From positions 2,741 through 66,740 of the forward strand of contig JAQUVS010000001.1 in assembly GCA_028693275.1 (NCBI GenBank): DNA of 64,000 nt, read 5' to 3'. Position numbers and translations under genes: made by a program. This stretch comes from Bacilli bacterium. GTDB taxonomy: Bacteria > Bacillota_I > Bacilli_A > RF39 > UBA660. Below the pieces are notes generated by a model. It made no database searches and was not told the DNA's origin. It saw only the letters and a program-made list of their open reading frames with translations. Every line of letters starts with the position of its first letter. The stretch's first letter is position 1. This document shows, piece after piece, positions 11,584-22,217 of the stretch.

Positions 11584-14500
11584 TAATAATCATCTCCTTT
11601 CATATCTTCTTCTACTTCATCTTCAAAGCCTTCATCTAGATCTTCTTCATCTTCGAAGTTTTCATCTTCTTCATCTGATTCTTCTTCAATGTCATTATTT
11701 TTAGAAATAACAATATCTTCTAAATCTAATTTAATTTCATCTTTGTATTCTTCTTCTTCAATTGTTTTAAGATCAAGAATATTTTGTTCATCATCTATAA
11801 TATTTATATCTAGACCTAAAGCTTGGAATTCTTTCATTAATACTTTAAATGATTCTGGAATTCCTGCTTGATTAATTTCTTGTCCCTTAACGATTGCTTC
11901 ATATACTTTTACACGTCCAATAACGTCATCTGATTTATAAGTAATGATTTCTTGTAATGTATGAGCAGCACCATATGCATATAGCGCCCAAACTTCCATT
12001 TCTCCAAATCTTTGTCCACCAAATTGAGCTTTTCCTCCAAGTGGTTGTTGCGTTACTAGAGAGTAAGGTCCTGTTGATCTTGCATGTAATTTATCATCAA
12101 CCATGTGGTGAAGTTTAATCATATACATAACACCAACTGAAATTCTATTATCAAATGGTTCACCAGTTCTACCATCATATAGAACAGTCTTCCCATCTGG
12201 ATCCATTCCTGCTTCTTGTAGCATTTCTGCTATGTCATTTGTTTTAGCTCCATCAAATACTGGAGTAGCCACATGAACATTTAATTTTTTAGCTGCCATA
12301 CCTAAATGTAATTCTAAAATTTGTCCAAGGTTCATACGTGATGGAACCCCTTGTGGATTTAACATAATATCTACTGGAGTACCATCTGGTAAGAATGGCA
12401 TATCTTCCGAAGGAAGAATTAATGAGATAACCCCTTTATTTCCATGACGTCCTGCCATTTTATCCCCAATTTGAATCTTACGTTTTTGTGTTATGTAAAT
12501 TCTTATTACTTTACTTACACTTGCTGGTAATTCATCATTATCTTTTCTAGAATAAACTTTAACTTCATGAACAATACCATCTCCACCATGTGGAACTCTT
12601 AATGATGTATCTCTAACTTCACGAGTTTTTTCTCCGAAGATAGCATGTAATAATTTTTCTTCTGAAGTAAGTTCAGCCATACCTTTTGGAGTAACTTTAC
12701 CAACTAAGATATCTCCTTCTTTTACTTCTGTCCCTACTGCTATAATACCATTTTCATCAAGATTTTTTCTTGCTTCGTCACTTACATTAGGAATATCTCT
12801 TGTAATTTCTTCTGGTCCTAACTTAGTTTCTCTACATTGAATTTCATAATCTTCTATATGTATTGATGTATAAACATCATCCTTTACTAATTTTTCATTT
12901 AAGATAACAGCATCTTCATAGTTATATCCATTAAATGTCATGAATGCTACAACTACGTTTTTACCTAATGCTAATTCTCCTTGATCCATACTTGGACCAT
13001 CTGCTAAAACTTGACCTCTTTTTATTTCGTCTCCTACTTTAACTATTGGTCTATGGTGGTAGCATGAATCTTGATTTGATTCTTCAAAATTAGCTAAGTG
13101 ATATGTATCTTTTCCTGTTTTGTTTTTTACAACTACTGTTCTAGCATCTACATATTCAACAATACCATCTGCTTTTGAAACTATAGCTGCTCCTGAATCT
13201 CTTGCTGCAATATATTCAACACCTGTTCCTACAAATGGTGCTTCTGCCTTTAATAAAGGCACTGATTGACGTTGCATGTTTGCTCCCATCAATGCACGAG
13301 TTGCATCATCATGTTCAAGGAAAGGTATACAGCTTGTAGTTACCGCAACAACTTGTTGTGGTGATACATCTATATAATCTACTTGATCAGGATTAATTAA
13401 AATATTTTCTCCTCTAAAACGAGCAGCAACTTGATCATCGATCATTACGTTTTCTTCATTTGTTCCAACTGTTGCTTGTGAGATTATTACATCATTTTCT
13501 TCATCAGCTGTTAAGTAATCTACTTGATCAGTAATTTGTCTGTTTTCTACTTTTCTATATGGAGTCATTATAAACCCATAATCATCTACTTTAGCATAAC
13601 TTGCTAATGATGTGATAAGACCGATATTTGGTCCTTCTGGAGATTCTATTGGACATATTCTTCCATAATGGGAAGCGTTAACGTCACGAACTTCCATACC
13701 AGCTCTATCTCTTGATAAACCACCTGGTCCTAATGCAGATAAACGTCTCTTGTTTGTTAATTCTGAAATAGGATTAATTTGATCCATAAATTGAGAAAGT
13801 TGGCTGCTTCCAAAGAATTCTTTCATAGCTGCAGTTACTGGTCTAATATTAATTAATGTTTTAGGAGTTACTTCTTCCATTTCTTGAGTAGTCATTCTTT
13901 CACGAATTACTCTTTCCATTCTAGAAACACCTATTCTAAATTGATTTTGTAATAATTCACCTACTTGTCTAATACGACGATTTCCTAAGTGATCTATTTC
14001 ATCAAAGTTACCTACTCCAGCAAGTAAATTTAAGTAATATGAAACTGATGCAAAAACATCTGAAATAGTTAAACGTTTAACATCGATTGTTTGATCATTT
14101 CCAATTACTGAAATTTTTTCTTTTTTATTAGTTGGATTATAAACTTTAATAACTTGCACTTTATTATAACTATCTAATTCTTCATTGATTTTAACTTCTT
14201 GAACACCATAACCATTAGCTAAAATTTCTTTTAGTTTGTCAAGAACATCTTTATTAATTAATGTGTCTTTTTCAATAACTACATTTCCATCAACAATAAT
14301 ATCTTCTGCTAATGTTTGATTAAGTAGTCTTTCTGCTACATTTAATTTTCTGTTAAATTTATATCTTCCTACTTTAGCTAAATCATATATAAATTCATCA
14401 AAGAATCTTGTAATAATATGATTTTTAGATGAATCAAGCGTTGCTGGTTCACCTGGTCTAAGTTTTTCGTATATTTCTATCAAAGCTTCATCTAAGTTTT

Positions 14501-15179
14501 TAGTTGAATCTTTTAACATTGTATTGCTAATGTAATCACTTTCTCCAAATAGATTTTTAATATCCTCATCTGAAGACAAACCAAAAGCACGTAACAATGT
14601 TGTTAATGTTACTTTTCTTGTTCTATCAATTCTAACGTATAAGACGTCTCTTGCATCCACTTCGAATTCTAACCAAGTTCCTCTTGTAGGAATTATTTGA
14701 GAAGTTATTACACTTCTACCATTCTTGTCGATTTCTCTATTATAATAAACGCTTGGACTTCTAACTAATTGAGATACTATAACACGTTCAGCTCCATTTA
14801 TTACAAATGTTCCACTGTCTGTCATTATAGGCATATCCCCTAAGAATATTTCTTGTTCTTTTACTTCACCAGTTTCATTGTTAAATAATCTAACTTCAAC
14901 TTTTAAAGGCGCAGCAAAAGTAGTTTCGCGATCCTTACATTCTTTTATAGAATATCTAGGTTCATCGAAATGATATTCTCCAAACTCTAATGATAAAGTT
15001 CCAGCAAAATTTTCCACTGGAAAAAGGTCGTCGAATACTTCTTTTATACCATCAGTTACAAACCATTGGTATGATTTTGTTTGGATTTCCAATAAATCCT
15101 TTAGTTCATAAGTGTTTCTTATTTTTGAGAAACTTCGTCTTTGTCTGTGTTCACCACAATTTACAATTTTATATGCCAC
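11583..15179 (-). CDS. rpoB: DNA-directed RNA polymerase subunit beta, with unusual ~70-aa acidic C-terminal tail
   Basis: 1198 aa, GTG start preceded by GGGGTG SD. Conserved GEHRQRRS N-terminus and rifampicin-cluster region. C-terminus is [28 protein letters not shown]. Confidence 0.97.
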   Translation of the reverse strand: MAYKIVNCGEHRQRRSFSKIRNTYELKDLLEIQTKSYQWFVTDGIKEVFDDLFPVENFAGTLSLEFGEYHFDEPRYSIKECKDRETTFAAPLKVEVRLFNNETGEVKEQEIFLGDMPIMTDSGTFVINGAERVIVSQLVRSPSVYYNREIDKNGRSVITSQIIPTRGTWLEFEVDARDVLYVRIDRTRKVTLTTLLRAFGLSSDEDIKNLFGESDYISNTMLKDSTKNLDEALIEIYEKLRPGEPATLDSSKNHIITRFFDEFIYDLAKVGRYKFNRKLNVAERLLNQTLAEDIIVDGNVVIEKDTLINKDVLDKLKEILANGYGVQEVKINEELDSYNKVQVIKVYNPTNKKEKISVIGNDQTIDVKRLTISDVFASVSYYLNLLAGVGNFDEIDHLGNRRIRQVGELLQNQFRIGVSRMERVIRERMTTQEMEEVTPKTLINIRPVTAAMKEFFGSSQLSQFMDQINPISELTNKRRLSALGPGGLSRDRAGMEVRDVNASHYGRICPIESPEGPNIGLITSLASYAKVDDYGFIMTPYRKVENRQITDQVDYLTADEENDVIISQATVGTNEENVMIDDQVAARFRGENILINPDQVDYIDVSPQQVVAVTTSCIPFLEHDDATRALMGANMQRQSVPLLKAEAPFVGTGVEYIAARDSGAAIVSKADGIVEYVDARTVVVKNKTGKDTYHLANFEESNQDSCYHHRPIVKVGDEIKRGQVLADGPSMDQGELALGKNVVVAFMTFNGYNYEDAVILNEKLVKDDVYTSIHIEDYEIQCRETKLGPEEITRDIPNVSDEARKNLDENGIIAVGTEVKEGDILVGKVTPKGMAELTSEEKLLHAIFGEKTREVRDTSLRVPHGGDGIVHEVKVYSRKDNDELPASVSKVIRIYITQKRKIQIGDKMAGRHGNKGVISLILPSEDMPFLPDGTPVDIMLNPQGVPSRMNLGQILELHLGMAAKKLNVHVATPVFDGAKTNDIAEMLQEAGMDPDGKTVLYDGRTGEPFDNRISVGVMYMIKLHHMVDDKLHARSTGPYSLVTQQPLGGKAQFGGQRFGEMEVWALYAYGAAHTLQEIITYKSDDVIGRVKVYEAIVKGQEINQAGIPESFKVLMKEFQALGLDINIIDDEQNILDLKTIEEEEYKDEIKLDLEDIVISKNNDIEEESDEEDENFEDEEDLDEGFEDEVEEDMKGDDY

Positions 15180-15197
15180 TAAAATTCACCCCTATAC

Positions 15198-15203
15198 ATT
15201 ATA
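15198..15203 (-). promoter_or_regulatory. Candidate -10 box upstream of rpoB
   Basis: TATAAT about 22 nt upstream of the rpoB GTG. The -35 is weak. Confidence 0.25.
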
Positions 15204-15252
15204 ATCAAAGAACATATTTTTTAAAAAAATAATACGTTGCCAAGTTATATTA

Positions 15253-15861
15253 TTACCATAACTCAGTCAACAAGTCAATTGTTTTTGCATTAATTATGAA
15301 AAAACCTTTGTTTTTTTCTAACACTTCGACTTGATAATATTTTTCTAAATCTTTGATCATCGATTTAGCACCTTGCTCTTTTCTAATCACTATATATAAA
15401 TTCCCATTTTTTTCGAGATGGTCTTTTGCATTCATGACTATATCATAAACAACTTTTTTACCAGCTCTAATTGGAGGATTAGTAATAATTACATCATACT
15501 TTTTATCTATATTAGACCAAGTATCACTTTCGAATATCCTGACGTTATCCACTTTGTTATCTCTTGCATTTATTTCTGCAAGATGAATTGCTCTTTTGTT
15601 AACGTCGCACATATCAACAAAACAATTTGTTAATTTTCCAACAGTTATACCTATCGGACCATATCCACAACCTATATCAAGAATGTTTCCATAAAATTTA
15701 TTAATTGGAATTGTTTCTAACAAAAACCTTGTTCCATAATCTAGTTTTTCTTTTGAAAAGACACCATTATCAGTACTAAAAATAAATTCTTTACCATAAA
15801 TTTTTGTATGATATTTTTGTATGTCACTTGGTAATTTGTCATTACTAAAATATTGCCCCAT
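15253..15861 (-). CDS. Class I SAM-dependent methyltransferase (YbxB-like, small MTase domain)
   Basis: Start MGQYFSND at 15861 with AGGTGGTG SD. DIGCGYGPIG SAM-binding motif and NPPIRAGK motif. Occupies the rplL-rpoB position held by ybxB in B. subtilis. Confidence 0.6.
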   Translation of the reverse strand: MGQYFSNDKLPSDIQKYHTKIYGKEFIFSTDNGVFSKEKLDYGTRFLLETIPINKFYGNILDIGCGYGPIGITVGKLTNCFVDMCDVNKRAIHLAEINARDNKVDNVRIFESDTWSNIDKKYDVIITNPPIRAGKKVVYDIVMNAKDHLEKNGNLYIVIRKEQGAKSMIKDLEKYYQVEVLEKNKGFFIINAKTIDLLTELW

Positions 15862-15971
15862 ATCACACCACCTTGCAAAGTAAAAGAGAACCAACTTAAT
15901 TATAGTATAAGTTAGTTCTCCTTCCGTACCTTTCATTTTACAATAATTTTTATTTTTTTGCAAGTATTTTT

Positions 15972-15997
15972 TCAAAAAAAAAGAGGTTTCCCTCTTT
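15972..15997 (-). terminator. Rho-independent terminator/attenuator between rplL and rpoB region
   Basis: Minus strand: TAA, then AAAGAGG-GAAA-CCTCTTT, then TTTTTTTTTG. Confidence 0.55.
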
Positions 15998-15999
15998 AA

Positions 16000-16362
16000 T
16001 TATTTAACTTCTACTGTTGCTCCAGCTTCTTCTAACTTAGCTTTGATTTCTTTAGCTTCGTCTTTAGAAATGTTTTCCTTAACAGCTCCACCGTTATCAA
16101 CGATATCTTTAGATTCTTTTAAACCTAATCCTGTTAATTCTTTAACAACTTTGATTACTGCAACTTTAGCAGCTCCACCATCAGTAATTACTACTGAAAC
16201 TGTAGAACTTTCTTCTGCTGCTGCAACTGGTGCTGCAGCTACTGCTACTGCACTTGGATCTACTCCAAATTCTTCTTTCATTGCGTCTACTAATTCTTTA
16301 ATTTCTAATAAAGACATTTCTTTTAAGCTTTCAATAAAGCTATCTCTTGTTAATTTTGCCAT
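16000..16362 (-). CDS. rplL: 50S ribosomal protein L7/L12
   Basis: 120 aa. Ala-rich hinge, C-terminal [20 protein letters not shown]. Confidence 0.93.
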   Translation of the reverse strand: MAKLTRDSFIESLKEMSLLEIKELVDAMKEEFGVDPSAVAVAAAPVAAAEESSTVSVVITDGGAAKVAVIKVVKELTGLGLKESKDIVDNGGAVKENISKDEAKEIKAKLEEAGATVEVK

Positions 16363-16383
16363 TTTATAATTCCTCCTATAATT

Positions 16384-16875
16384 TTAATTTTCTTTGTCCT
16401 TTGAGTATAAATCTAAACAAATAGATAAATCTCTTGGTATACCTATCAAACCACTAGCAAGCATTGTAAGTAATCCTTCTCTTGAAGGTATCTTAGAAAG
16501 TTCAACTAAAGTTTCATGACTTGAAACTTCTCCATCAACTATCCCTACTTTTAATACTAATGCTGAGTGTTCTTTAGCGAAATCTGCTAACACCTTAATT
16601 GGTGCTATTGTGTCATTACCATAAGCTAATGCACTTGGTCCTTCTAAATCTTTAGAAAGATCAATGTTAAGATCTTGTAGCGCTCTGTTCATTAATGTAT
16701 TTTTGTATACTTTATAATCAGAATCGTTTTCTCTTAACTTAATTCTTAATAGTTTAGATTCATTATCTGTTAATCCACGATAATCAAACAAAACTACTGT
16801 GTTAGAATTATTAACTGTTTCTTTGATTTTATCAATTGTATTTTGTTTTTCAGCTAATATTTTAACATTTGCCAT
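16384..16875 (-). CDS. rplJ: 50S ribosomal protein L10
   Basis: 163 aa. Operon position and L10 fold pattern. Confidence 0.9.
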   Translation of the reverse strand: MANVKILAEKQNTIDKIKETVNNSNTVVLFDYRGLTDNESKLLRIKLRENDSDYKVYKNTLMNRALQDLNIDLSKDLEGPSALAYGNDTIAPIKVLADFAKEHSALVLKVGIVDGEVSSHETLVELSKIPSREGLLTMLASGLIGIPRDLSICLDLYSKDKEN

Positions 16876-17036
16876 TAAAACACCTCCTATTATATTTATT
16901 TAGGGATGCCATACAAAAAGTTCTCAGACTTATCCGAGAACTTAATAAACTTCGTATAAGTTCCTCGGTAGGATTTACTTTTTTACCTACTGTCTATGGC
17001 ACCAATAAATTTAAAATTATTATATACTATGTATTC
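16876..17036 (-). promoter_or_regulatory. Candidate L10 (rplJ) autoregulatory leader
   Basis: 161-nt structured non-coding gap upstream of rplJ, as in Firmicute L10 leaders. Not folded in detail. Confidence 0.35.
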
Positions 17037-17735
17037 TTATTTGTCAAAAGAATTTGAAATTATTTTGATTCCAGGACCCATAGTAGTTGTGATACTAACA
17101 TTTTTAATGTATTCTCCTTTTGCTCCTGTTGGTTTTGCTTTAATTATTGTTCCAACGAAAGCATTAAGATTATCTAATAATTGTTCTTCAGTAAATGAAG
17201 ATTTTCCAATTATAGCATGAACATTACCAAAACTGTCAGTTCTATATTCAACACGACCTGCTTTTACTTCTTCTACTGCTTTTGCAACATCTGTAGTAAC
17301 AGTTCCTGTCTTTGGATTTGGCATTAATCCTTTAGGACCTAATACCTTCCCTAATTTTCCTAATAATGGCATCATATCTGGTGTTGCTATCATAACATCA
17401 AATTCGAACCAATTTTCTTTTTCAATTTTAGTTAAAATATCCATATCACCAACAAAGTCAGCACCAGCAGCTTCTGCTTTTTTAGCATTTTCCCCTTTAG
17501 CAACTACTAAAACTTTTTTAGTTTTACCAGTTCCGTGTGGCAATACCATTGCTCCTCTTAATTGTTGATCTGCTTTTTTAGTATCAAGATTTAGACGAAT
17601 TGCAAGTTCAACTGAAGCATCAAATTTACTAACTGATGTTTCTTTTGCTAACTTAACAGCTTCTTCTTTAGTATAAGCTTTTGCTTTTTCTACTTTTGCA
17701 GCAGCTTCTACGTATTTCTTTCCTCTTTTTTTCAC
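17037..17735 (-). CDS. rplA: 50S ribosomal protein L1
   Basis: 232 aa. GTG start with AAGGAGG SD. L1 family. Confidence 0.92.
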   Translation of the reverse strand: MKKRGKKYVEAAAKVEKAKAYTKEEAVKLAKETSVSKFDASVELAIRLNLDTKKADQQLRGAMVLPHGTGKTKKVLVVAKGENAKKAEAAGADFVGDMDILTKIEKENWFEFDVMIATPDMMPLLGKLGKVLGPKGLMPNPKTGTVTTDVAKAVEEVKAGRVEYRTDSFGNVHAIIGKSSFTEEQLLDNLNAFVGTIIKAKPTGAKGEYIKNVSITTTMGPGIKIISNSFDK

Positions 17736-17809
17736 TTTAATTCCTCCTTATGTGGTTTAGCGGTTTTTCCTCCCACATAGGTATAAACCTATATGTATTT
17801 ATTATTATT
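17736..17809 (-). promoter_or_regulatory. Hairpin in rplK-rplA intergenic (possible L1 autoregulatory site)
   Basis: Minus strand TATGTGG-GAGGAAAAACCGCTAAA-CCACATA, immediately 5' of the rplA SD. Confidence 0.25.
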
Positions 17810-18232
17810 TTAGTCTTCTATTTTGATTCCCATGTTACGTGCTGTACCTTCAACAATTCTCATTGCTTCTTCTACTCCGTAAGCATTTAAATCTGGCAAT
17901 TTTTTTTCTGCTATTTCTTTTAATTGTTCTCTTGTTATTGTTCCAGATAATTCTGGTGACTTTTTAGAACCCTTACTAATTTTTGCAGCTTTTTTAAGTA
18001 AAAATGATACTGGTGAAGTTTTGATTACAAATTCAAAAGTTCTATCATCATAAACTGAAATTTCTACAGGAACTATATCTCCCATAAATTCTCTTGTTGC
18101 ATCATTGTACTTAACACAAAATTCTTGTAAATTAACTCCGGCAGGCCCTAATACTGTTCCAACTGGTGGAGCAGGTGTAGCTTTACCAGCTTCAATTTGT
18201 AGTTTTATTTTTCTTACAACTTCTCTTGCCAC
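17810..18232 (-). CDS. rplK: 50S ribosomal protein L11
   Basis: GTG start at 18232 with [35 protein letters not shown] motif. Confidence 0.92.
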   Translation of the reverse strand: MAREVVRKIKLQIEAGKATPAPPVGTVLGPAGVNLQEFCVKYNDATREFMGDIVPVEISVYDDRTFEFVIKTSPVSFLLKKAAKISKGSKKSPELSGTITREQLKEIAEKKLPDLNAYGVEEAMRIVEGTARNMGIKIED

Positions 18233-18241
18233 GAAAAACAC

Positions 18242-18374
18242 CTCCTATTATTTTTTTTTGTTTTCGCGAGTGGTTCAAATAGCTTGAAAATTCCGCGCTT
18301 CCCACTAAAATCCTATATTTAAAATATAGCACTTTAGATAATACCATCATTCTAACGAAAAATCAAGAATTTAT
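18242..18374 (-). promoter_or_regulatory. rplK-rplA operon leader/promoter region
   Basis: 133-nt non-coding gap containing GTGGGAAGCGCGGAATTTTCAAGC on the minus strand. Confidence 0.25.
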
Positions 18375-18860
18375 TTATCTTATTTTTTTAGTTTCATCTG
18401 GAAAAGCGTCATAATCAGGCCATAGAGTTTCAATTATATCTAATTTAAGCTCTTTTTTTTCTTTTAATTCTTTGTTTATTATATTACTTTCTCTACAATT
18501 AGAAAAGTTTGGTTCATAGAATTTTATTTCTTTTATCAGTTCGTTATAATGATAAGAATATAATTCTAAGTATTTTGTAATTATAATATTAGCTGGAACT
18601 TTATATTTTTCTTTTAAATTATTAATTACCCTTTTTATGTCTTCACTTTCTATTAAGAAAGTTTTGTCATCAGGGATTAGTAAAGTATTTTTAAATATTA
18701 ATTCCGCTTCTTTATTTTCTTTTATCGGACAATTATCTTCTATATATTTCTTTTTTAATTCCTTATTGGTTAATTTATAAAAATCTTCAACTCTTTTATA
18801 AGCTTCTTCTTTAATTAATATATATTGATCTATTGTTAGTGTTTTTTTAAAGTTTTCCAT
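18375..18860 (-). CDS. Hypothetical 161-aa protein inserted between nusG and the rplK leader
   Basis: ATG shares its A with the nusG TAA (TAATG), indicating translational coupling. Lys/Glu-rich. I recognise no motif. Confidence 0.5.
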   Translation of the reverse strand: MENFKKTLTIDQYILIKEEAYKRVEDFYKLTNKELKKKYIEDNCPIKENKEAELIFKNTLLIPDDKTFLIESEDIKRVINNLKEKYKVPANIIITKYLELYSYHYNELIKEIKFYEPNFSNCRESNIINKELKEKKELKLDIIETLWPDYDAFPDETKKIR

Positions 18861-19393
18861 TAAACTATTTCTATTTCAGAAATATTTACTTCAACTGACG
18901 TTTCTTGTCCAAACAAGTCTACTAATAAAATAATCTTTTGATTTACAGTATCAACTTCATCAATTGTCCCATACATTCCTAAGAATGGACCAGCTGCTAT
19001 TTTAACTTTAATACCTTTTTCTAATTCTTTATTAATATCTAATCTGCTTATTCCCATATTGCTTAGAATTGAATCTACTTCATATGGTTGTAATGGAGTA
19101 GGTTTTGCCCCTTTACCACTTGATCCTATGAACCCTGTTACTCCTGGAGTGTTTCTTACTACATACCAAGCTTCATCACTCATAACCATTTCAACTAGTA
19201 TATATCCTGGGAACATTTTCTTTATTTTTTCTTTTTGAACTCCATCTTTTACTTCGATTTCTGTTTGTTCAGGAACAATAACTCTATAGATATATTCTTG
19301 CATATCTAATGATTCTGCTCTCATTTCTAGTTTTTCTTTTACTTTATTCTCATGACCAGAATAAGTATTTACTACATACCATTGTTTTTCCAT
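18860..19393 (-). CDS. nusG: Transcription termination/antitermination factor NusG
   Basis: MEKQWYVVNTYSGHENKV... NGN domain, C-terminal KOW. Starts 2 nt after the secE stop. Confidence 0.92.
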   Translation of the reverse strand: MEKQWYVVNTYSGHENKVKEKLEMRAESLDMQEYIYRVIVPEQTEIEVKDGVQKEKIKKMFPGYILVEMVMSDEAWYVVRNTPGVTGFIGSSGKGAKPTPLQPYEVDSILSNMGISRLDINKELEKGIKVKIAAGPFLGMYGTIDEVDTVNQKIILLVDLFGQETSVEVNISEIEIV

Positions 19394-19395
19394 TT

Positions 19396-19731
19396 TTACA
19401 CCCACGCTTTCAATGCTGCTATTATTATTTCAACTACGTAAAATAAAATACTAAAGAATAGTATAAAGATAACTGTTGCTAAAGAGTATTTAACCATTTC
19501 TTTTCTACCCGGAAATTGAACTTTAGACATTTCGTGTTTTACTTCCTTAAAGAAATTAATTATTTTGCTTTCTTTTTTCTTTTTATTTTTAGTTTCTTTT
19601 TTCTTTGGTGTTTGTTTTTTTTCTGTTTGTTTAACAACTTTTTTAGTTGTTTCTTTTTTTGTCTTTGTTAATTTTTCTATTTCTAAATCAACATCAACTA
19701 TTTCTCTTTTTGACTTTTCAAATTTTGCCAT
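19396..19731 (-). CDS. secE: Preprotein translocase subunit SecE with Lys-rich N-terminal extension
   Basis: C-terminal ~60 aa (FPGRKEMVKYSLATVIFILFFSILFYVV) is SecE. Preceded by ~50 aa of KKETTKK repeats. Start MAKFEK has GGAGA SD. Track start at 19764 is an alternative. Confidence 0.7.
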   Translation of the reverse strand: MAKFEKSKREIVDVDLEIEKLTKTKKETTKKVVKQTEKKQTPKKKETKNKKKKESKIINFFKEVKHEMSKVQFPGRKEMVKYSLATVIFILFFSILFYVVEIIIAALKAWV

Positions 19732-19812
19732 TTTTTCATCTCCATTTTTCCAAAATAAAAACACCTTTTCGTGTTACATATAAAATAACACATATGGTGT
19801 AATTAGTCAATG

Positions 19813-20421
19813 TTATTTAATCATAAAGGTGTATATAAATAATAAACTACCTAACAGAGTTATAAATCCTGTTATAGTCATAACAAGGATATATGAAACA
19901 TTTCCTGTTTCGTCATCATAGACAAGAGTCTTATTTATACCTGAATCTTTAACCAAAACTTTATTTGTTTCTTTATTGTTTCCTTGTTGACCTTTTTTTA
20001 TGTCTATAAAATCTGAATAGTACATATAATTTCCATCAATTAAGACATCGTGAAAATATTCTTTTTCAGCATCATTGAATAAATATGAATATACATCAAA
20101 TCTGTTTTTCAATACCTCTATATTCATTAATCCGTTAGTATCATTGAATTCAAGATATCTTCCTATAAAATATGAACACATTTCTTCAATGTTTTTATTT
20201 TTCATATTCTGATCATTACTTTTTAATATAATTCCTTCATTAAACTCAATTTGATCATCTATTACATATATACAATTAGGTTTAACAGTTAATAAGCATT
20301 TATTTAAATCATGATATTTTTTAAGTTCCCTATTAAATTTATACATTTTATCAGGGATTAGTTCTCTATCACGATTAATGATAAACCAATTATCTAAACT
20401 ACTTCTATTACTAGTACTCAT
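19813..20421 (-). CDS. Hypothetical C-terminally membrane-anchored protein downstream of sigH
   Basis: 202 aa, soluble N-domain, single C-terminal TM (ILVMTITGFITLLGSLLFIYTFMIK). Occupies the rpmG position of the B. subtilis sigH-rpmGB-secE cluster. Confidence 0.5.
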   Translation of the reverse strand: MSTSNRSSLDNWFIINRDRELIPDKMYKFNRELKKYHDLNKCLLTVKPNCIYVIDDQIEFNEGIILKSNDQNMKNKNIEEMCSYFIGRYLEFNDTNGLMNIEVLKNRFDVYSYLFNDAEKEYFHDVLIDGNYMYYSDFIDIKKGQQGNNKETNKVLVKDSGINKTLVYDDETGNVSYILVMTITGFITLLGSLLFIYTFMIK

Positions 20422-20467
20422 TTAATCATCCTCTACTATATCAATTATATCATTGAATATTAATTTT

Positions 20468-21073
20468 TCAATAGTTTGTTAGGAACAAAGAAAATTTTGT
20501 TTTTAATTTAAAAACTATGTTATCTACTTTTTTTCTTTCATACGTTAATAATTCAGTTATTTCTTTATTAGAAAATCCATTTAGTTTCAATTCAAATATT
20601 TCTCTTTCTTTATCTTTTAAATCATACATAAAGTTTTTGATTAATTCTTTTTCTTCTAAATATTTAATTGCTTTTGTAGTCGAATAGTCTCTGTTATCTG
20701 CTATTTCTTCTTCTAGCTCTCTTCCTTCATCTATCGAGTACGAAAGAGATATTGAATTATTTAGTATGCTTTGTTTTTTAGTTAAGCAAGTTCTAATCAA
20801 GTTTTTTATATGCCCTTTAATACATATAACAGCATAAGTATAAAATAAAGTATTATTAGAGTCGTATGTTTTTATAGCTTTACTTAAACCGTACATGCCT
20901 TCCTGTACTAAATCATCATAATCTATACCTAAATTAGATGCTTCGTTTTTATGTATATTAGCTATAGATAAAATGATTGGTTTATACTTTTGATAAATTA
21001 TTGATGTTGCACATTCATCATTTTCTGAAATCATGTACAATACTTCATAGTCATTGTAACCTTTATAGTCCAA
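20468..21073 (-). CDS. sigH: RNA polymerase sigma-H-like factor
   Basis: 201 aa. Region 2 DLVQEGMYGLSKAIKTY and region 4 HTH. Position cysS-mrnC-rlmB-sigH as in Bacillus. Confidence 0.7.
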   Translation of the reverse strand: MDYKGYNDYEVLYMISENDECATSIIYQKYKPIILSIANIHKNEASNLGIDYDDLVQEGMYGLSKAIKTYDSNNTLFYTYAVICIKGHIKNLIRTCLTKKQSILNNSISLSYSIDEGRELEEEIADNRDYSTTKAIKYLEEKELIKNFMYDLKDKEREIFELKLNGFSNKEITELLTYERKKVDNIVFKLKTKFSLFLTNY

Positions 21074-21081
21074 ATAAATTC

Positions 21082-21786
21082 CTACTTTCCTTTTTGTCTT
21101 AGTACTTCATATATCATTACTCCTGATGCTACTGAAGCATTCAGACTATTTGTTTCTCCATACATAGGTATTTTGGCAATAAAATCACATTTTTCTTTTG
21201 TCAATCTAGTCATTCCTGAACCTTCATTACCAATAACTAGAGCAATTTTTCCTTCATAGTTAATACTTCTAAAATCTACTGAATCTTCAAGAGCTGTACC
21301 AACAACCCAGAAGCCCTTATTTTTTAGATATTCTATACTATTAGATAAATTAGCTACCATAATAATATTCATATTTAAAACTGCTCCCGTGCTAGTTTTT
21401 ATAACTGTAGAATTCACCGATACTGATCTATCTTTTGGAATAATAATATCTTTAATTCCAGCGGCTTCTGCCGTTCTGATTATAGCTCCAAAATTGTGTG
21501 GATCTTCAATATGATCTAGTATTAGAACAACTTCTTCTTCACTACAATTGTCAATTAAATCTATATTTTTATATTCAAAATCACCTACATCCATGATTAT
21601 ACCTTGATGCGAACCATTTACAAGTTGGTCTAATTCATATTTAGACTTTTCCTCTATATTGAATTTTTTATTTTCTAGAAGAGAATCTATATTTTTGTCA
21701 TTAAAGCCTTCTTGAATTATTATTTTTTTTATTTTTTTACCTTTTTTTAAATATTCCTCTGCAACATTTTTTCCATATATTAACAT
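21082..21786 (-). CDS. rlmB: 23S rRNA (guanosine-2'-O)-methyltransferase, TrmH/SpoU family (RlmB/YacO-like)
   Basis: SpoU motifs LDHIEDPHNFGAIIRTAEAAG and LVIGNEGSGM. Confidence 0.7.
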   Translation of the reverse strand: MLIYGKNVAEEYLKKGKKIKKIIIQEGFNDKNIDSLLENKKFNIEEKSKYELDQLVNGSHQGIIMDVGDFEYKNIDLIDNCSEEEVVLILDHIEDPHNFGAIIRTAEAAGIKDIIIPKDRSVSVNSTVIKTSTGAVLNMNIIMVANLSNSIEYLKNKGFWVVGTALEDSVDFRSINYEGKIALVIGNEGSGMTRLTKEKCDFIAKIPMYGETNSLNASVASGVMIYEVLRQKGK

Positions 21787-22163
21787 ATATTTTCACCTAT
21801 TATCCTTTCCATTATTTCTTTTACTCTATTATCTTCTTTTTTCAAAGTTAAATATCCTATTACAGCTTCTAAAGCAGTAGCATATTTATATGATATAATA
21901 TCACAATTTTTTGGATGAGAAGAACTTTTATAATTTCTTGCTCTTTTTATAACTGATAATTCTTCTTCTGTAAAAAAATTATCAGCTATTAAATCCTTTA
22001 TAAAGATAAATTGTTTTTTTGCACTTACATATTCTATTGATTTTGTTTGTAAGTAATTTACATTATTTATACTTTGTTTTATTAAAAATCTTCTAATATA
22101 GTTTTCATATACTGTATCTCCTAAATATGCTAAAACAAGTACATTTATTTCCATTAAATCCAT
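21780..22163 (-). CDS. mrnC: Mini-ribonuclease 3
   Basis: 127 aa. RNase III-like signature LAYLGDTVYE. Position after cysS. Confidence 0.7.
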   Translation of the reverse strand: MDLMEINVLVLAYLGDTVYENYIRRFLIKQSINNVNYLQTKSIEYVSAKKQFIFIKDLIADNFFTEEELSVIKRARNYKSSSHPKNCDIISYKYATALEAVIGYLTLKKEDNRVKEIMERIIGENIC

Positions 22164-22217
22164 TCATATCACCTCTAGGAATTATATCATACTTAATATA
22201 AAAAAACGATTAGTATT

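Noticed and set aside
15862-15975. Upstream extension of the methyltransferase ORF (MKKYLQKNKNYCKMKG...)
   Set aside because: The internal start MGQYFSND at 15861 has a strong AGGTGGTG SD. The extension would run into the rplL terminator hairpin.
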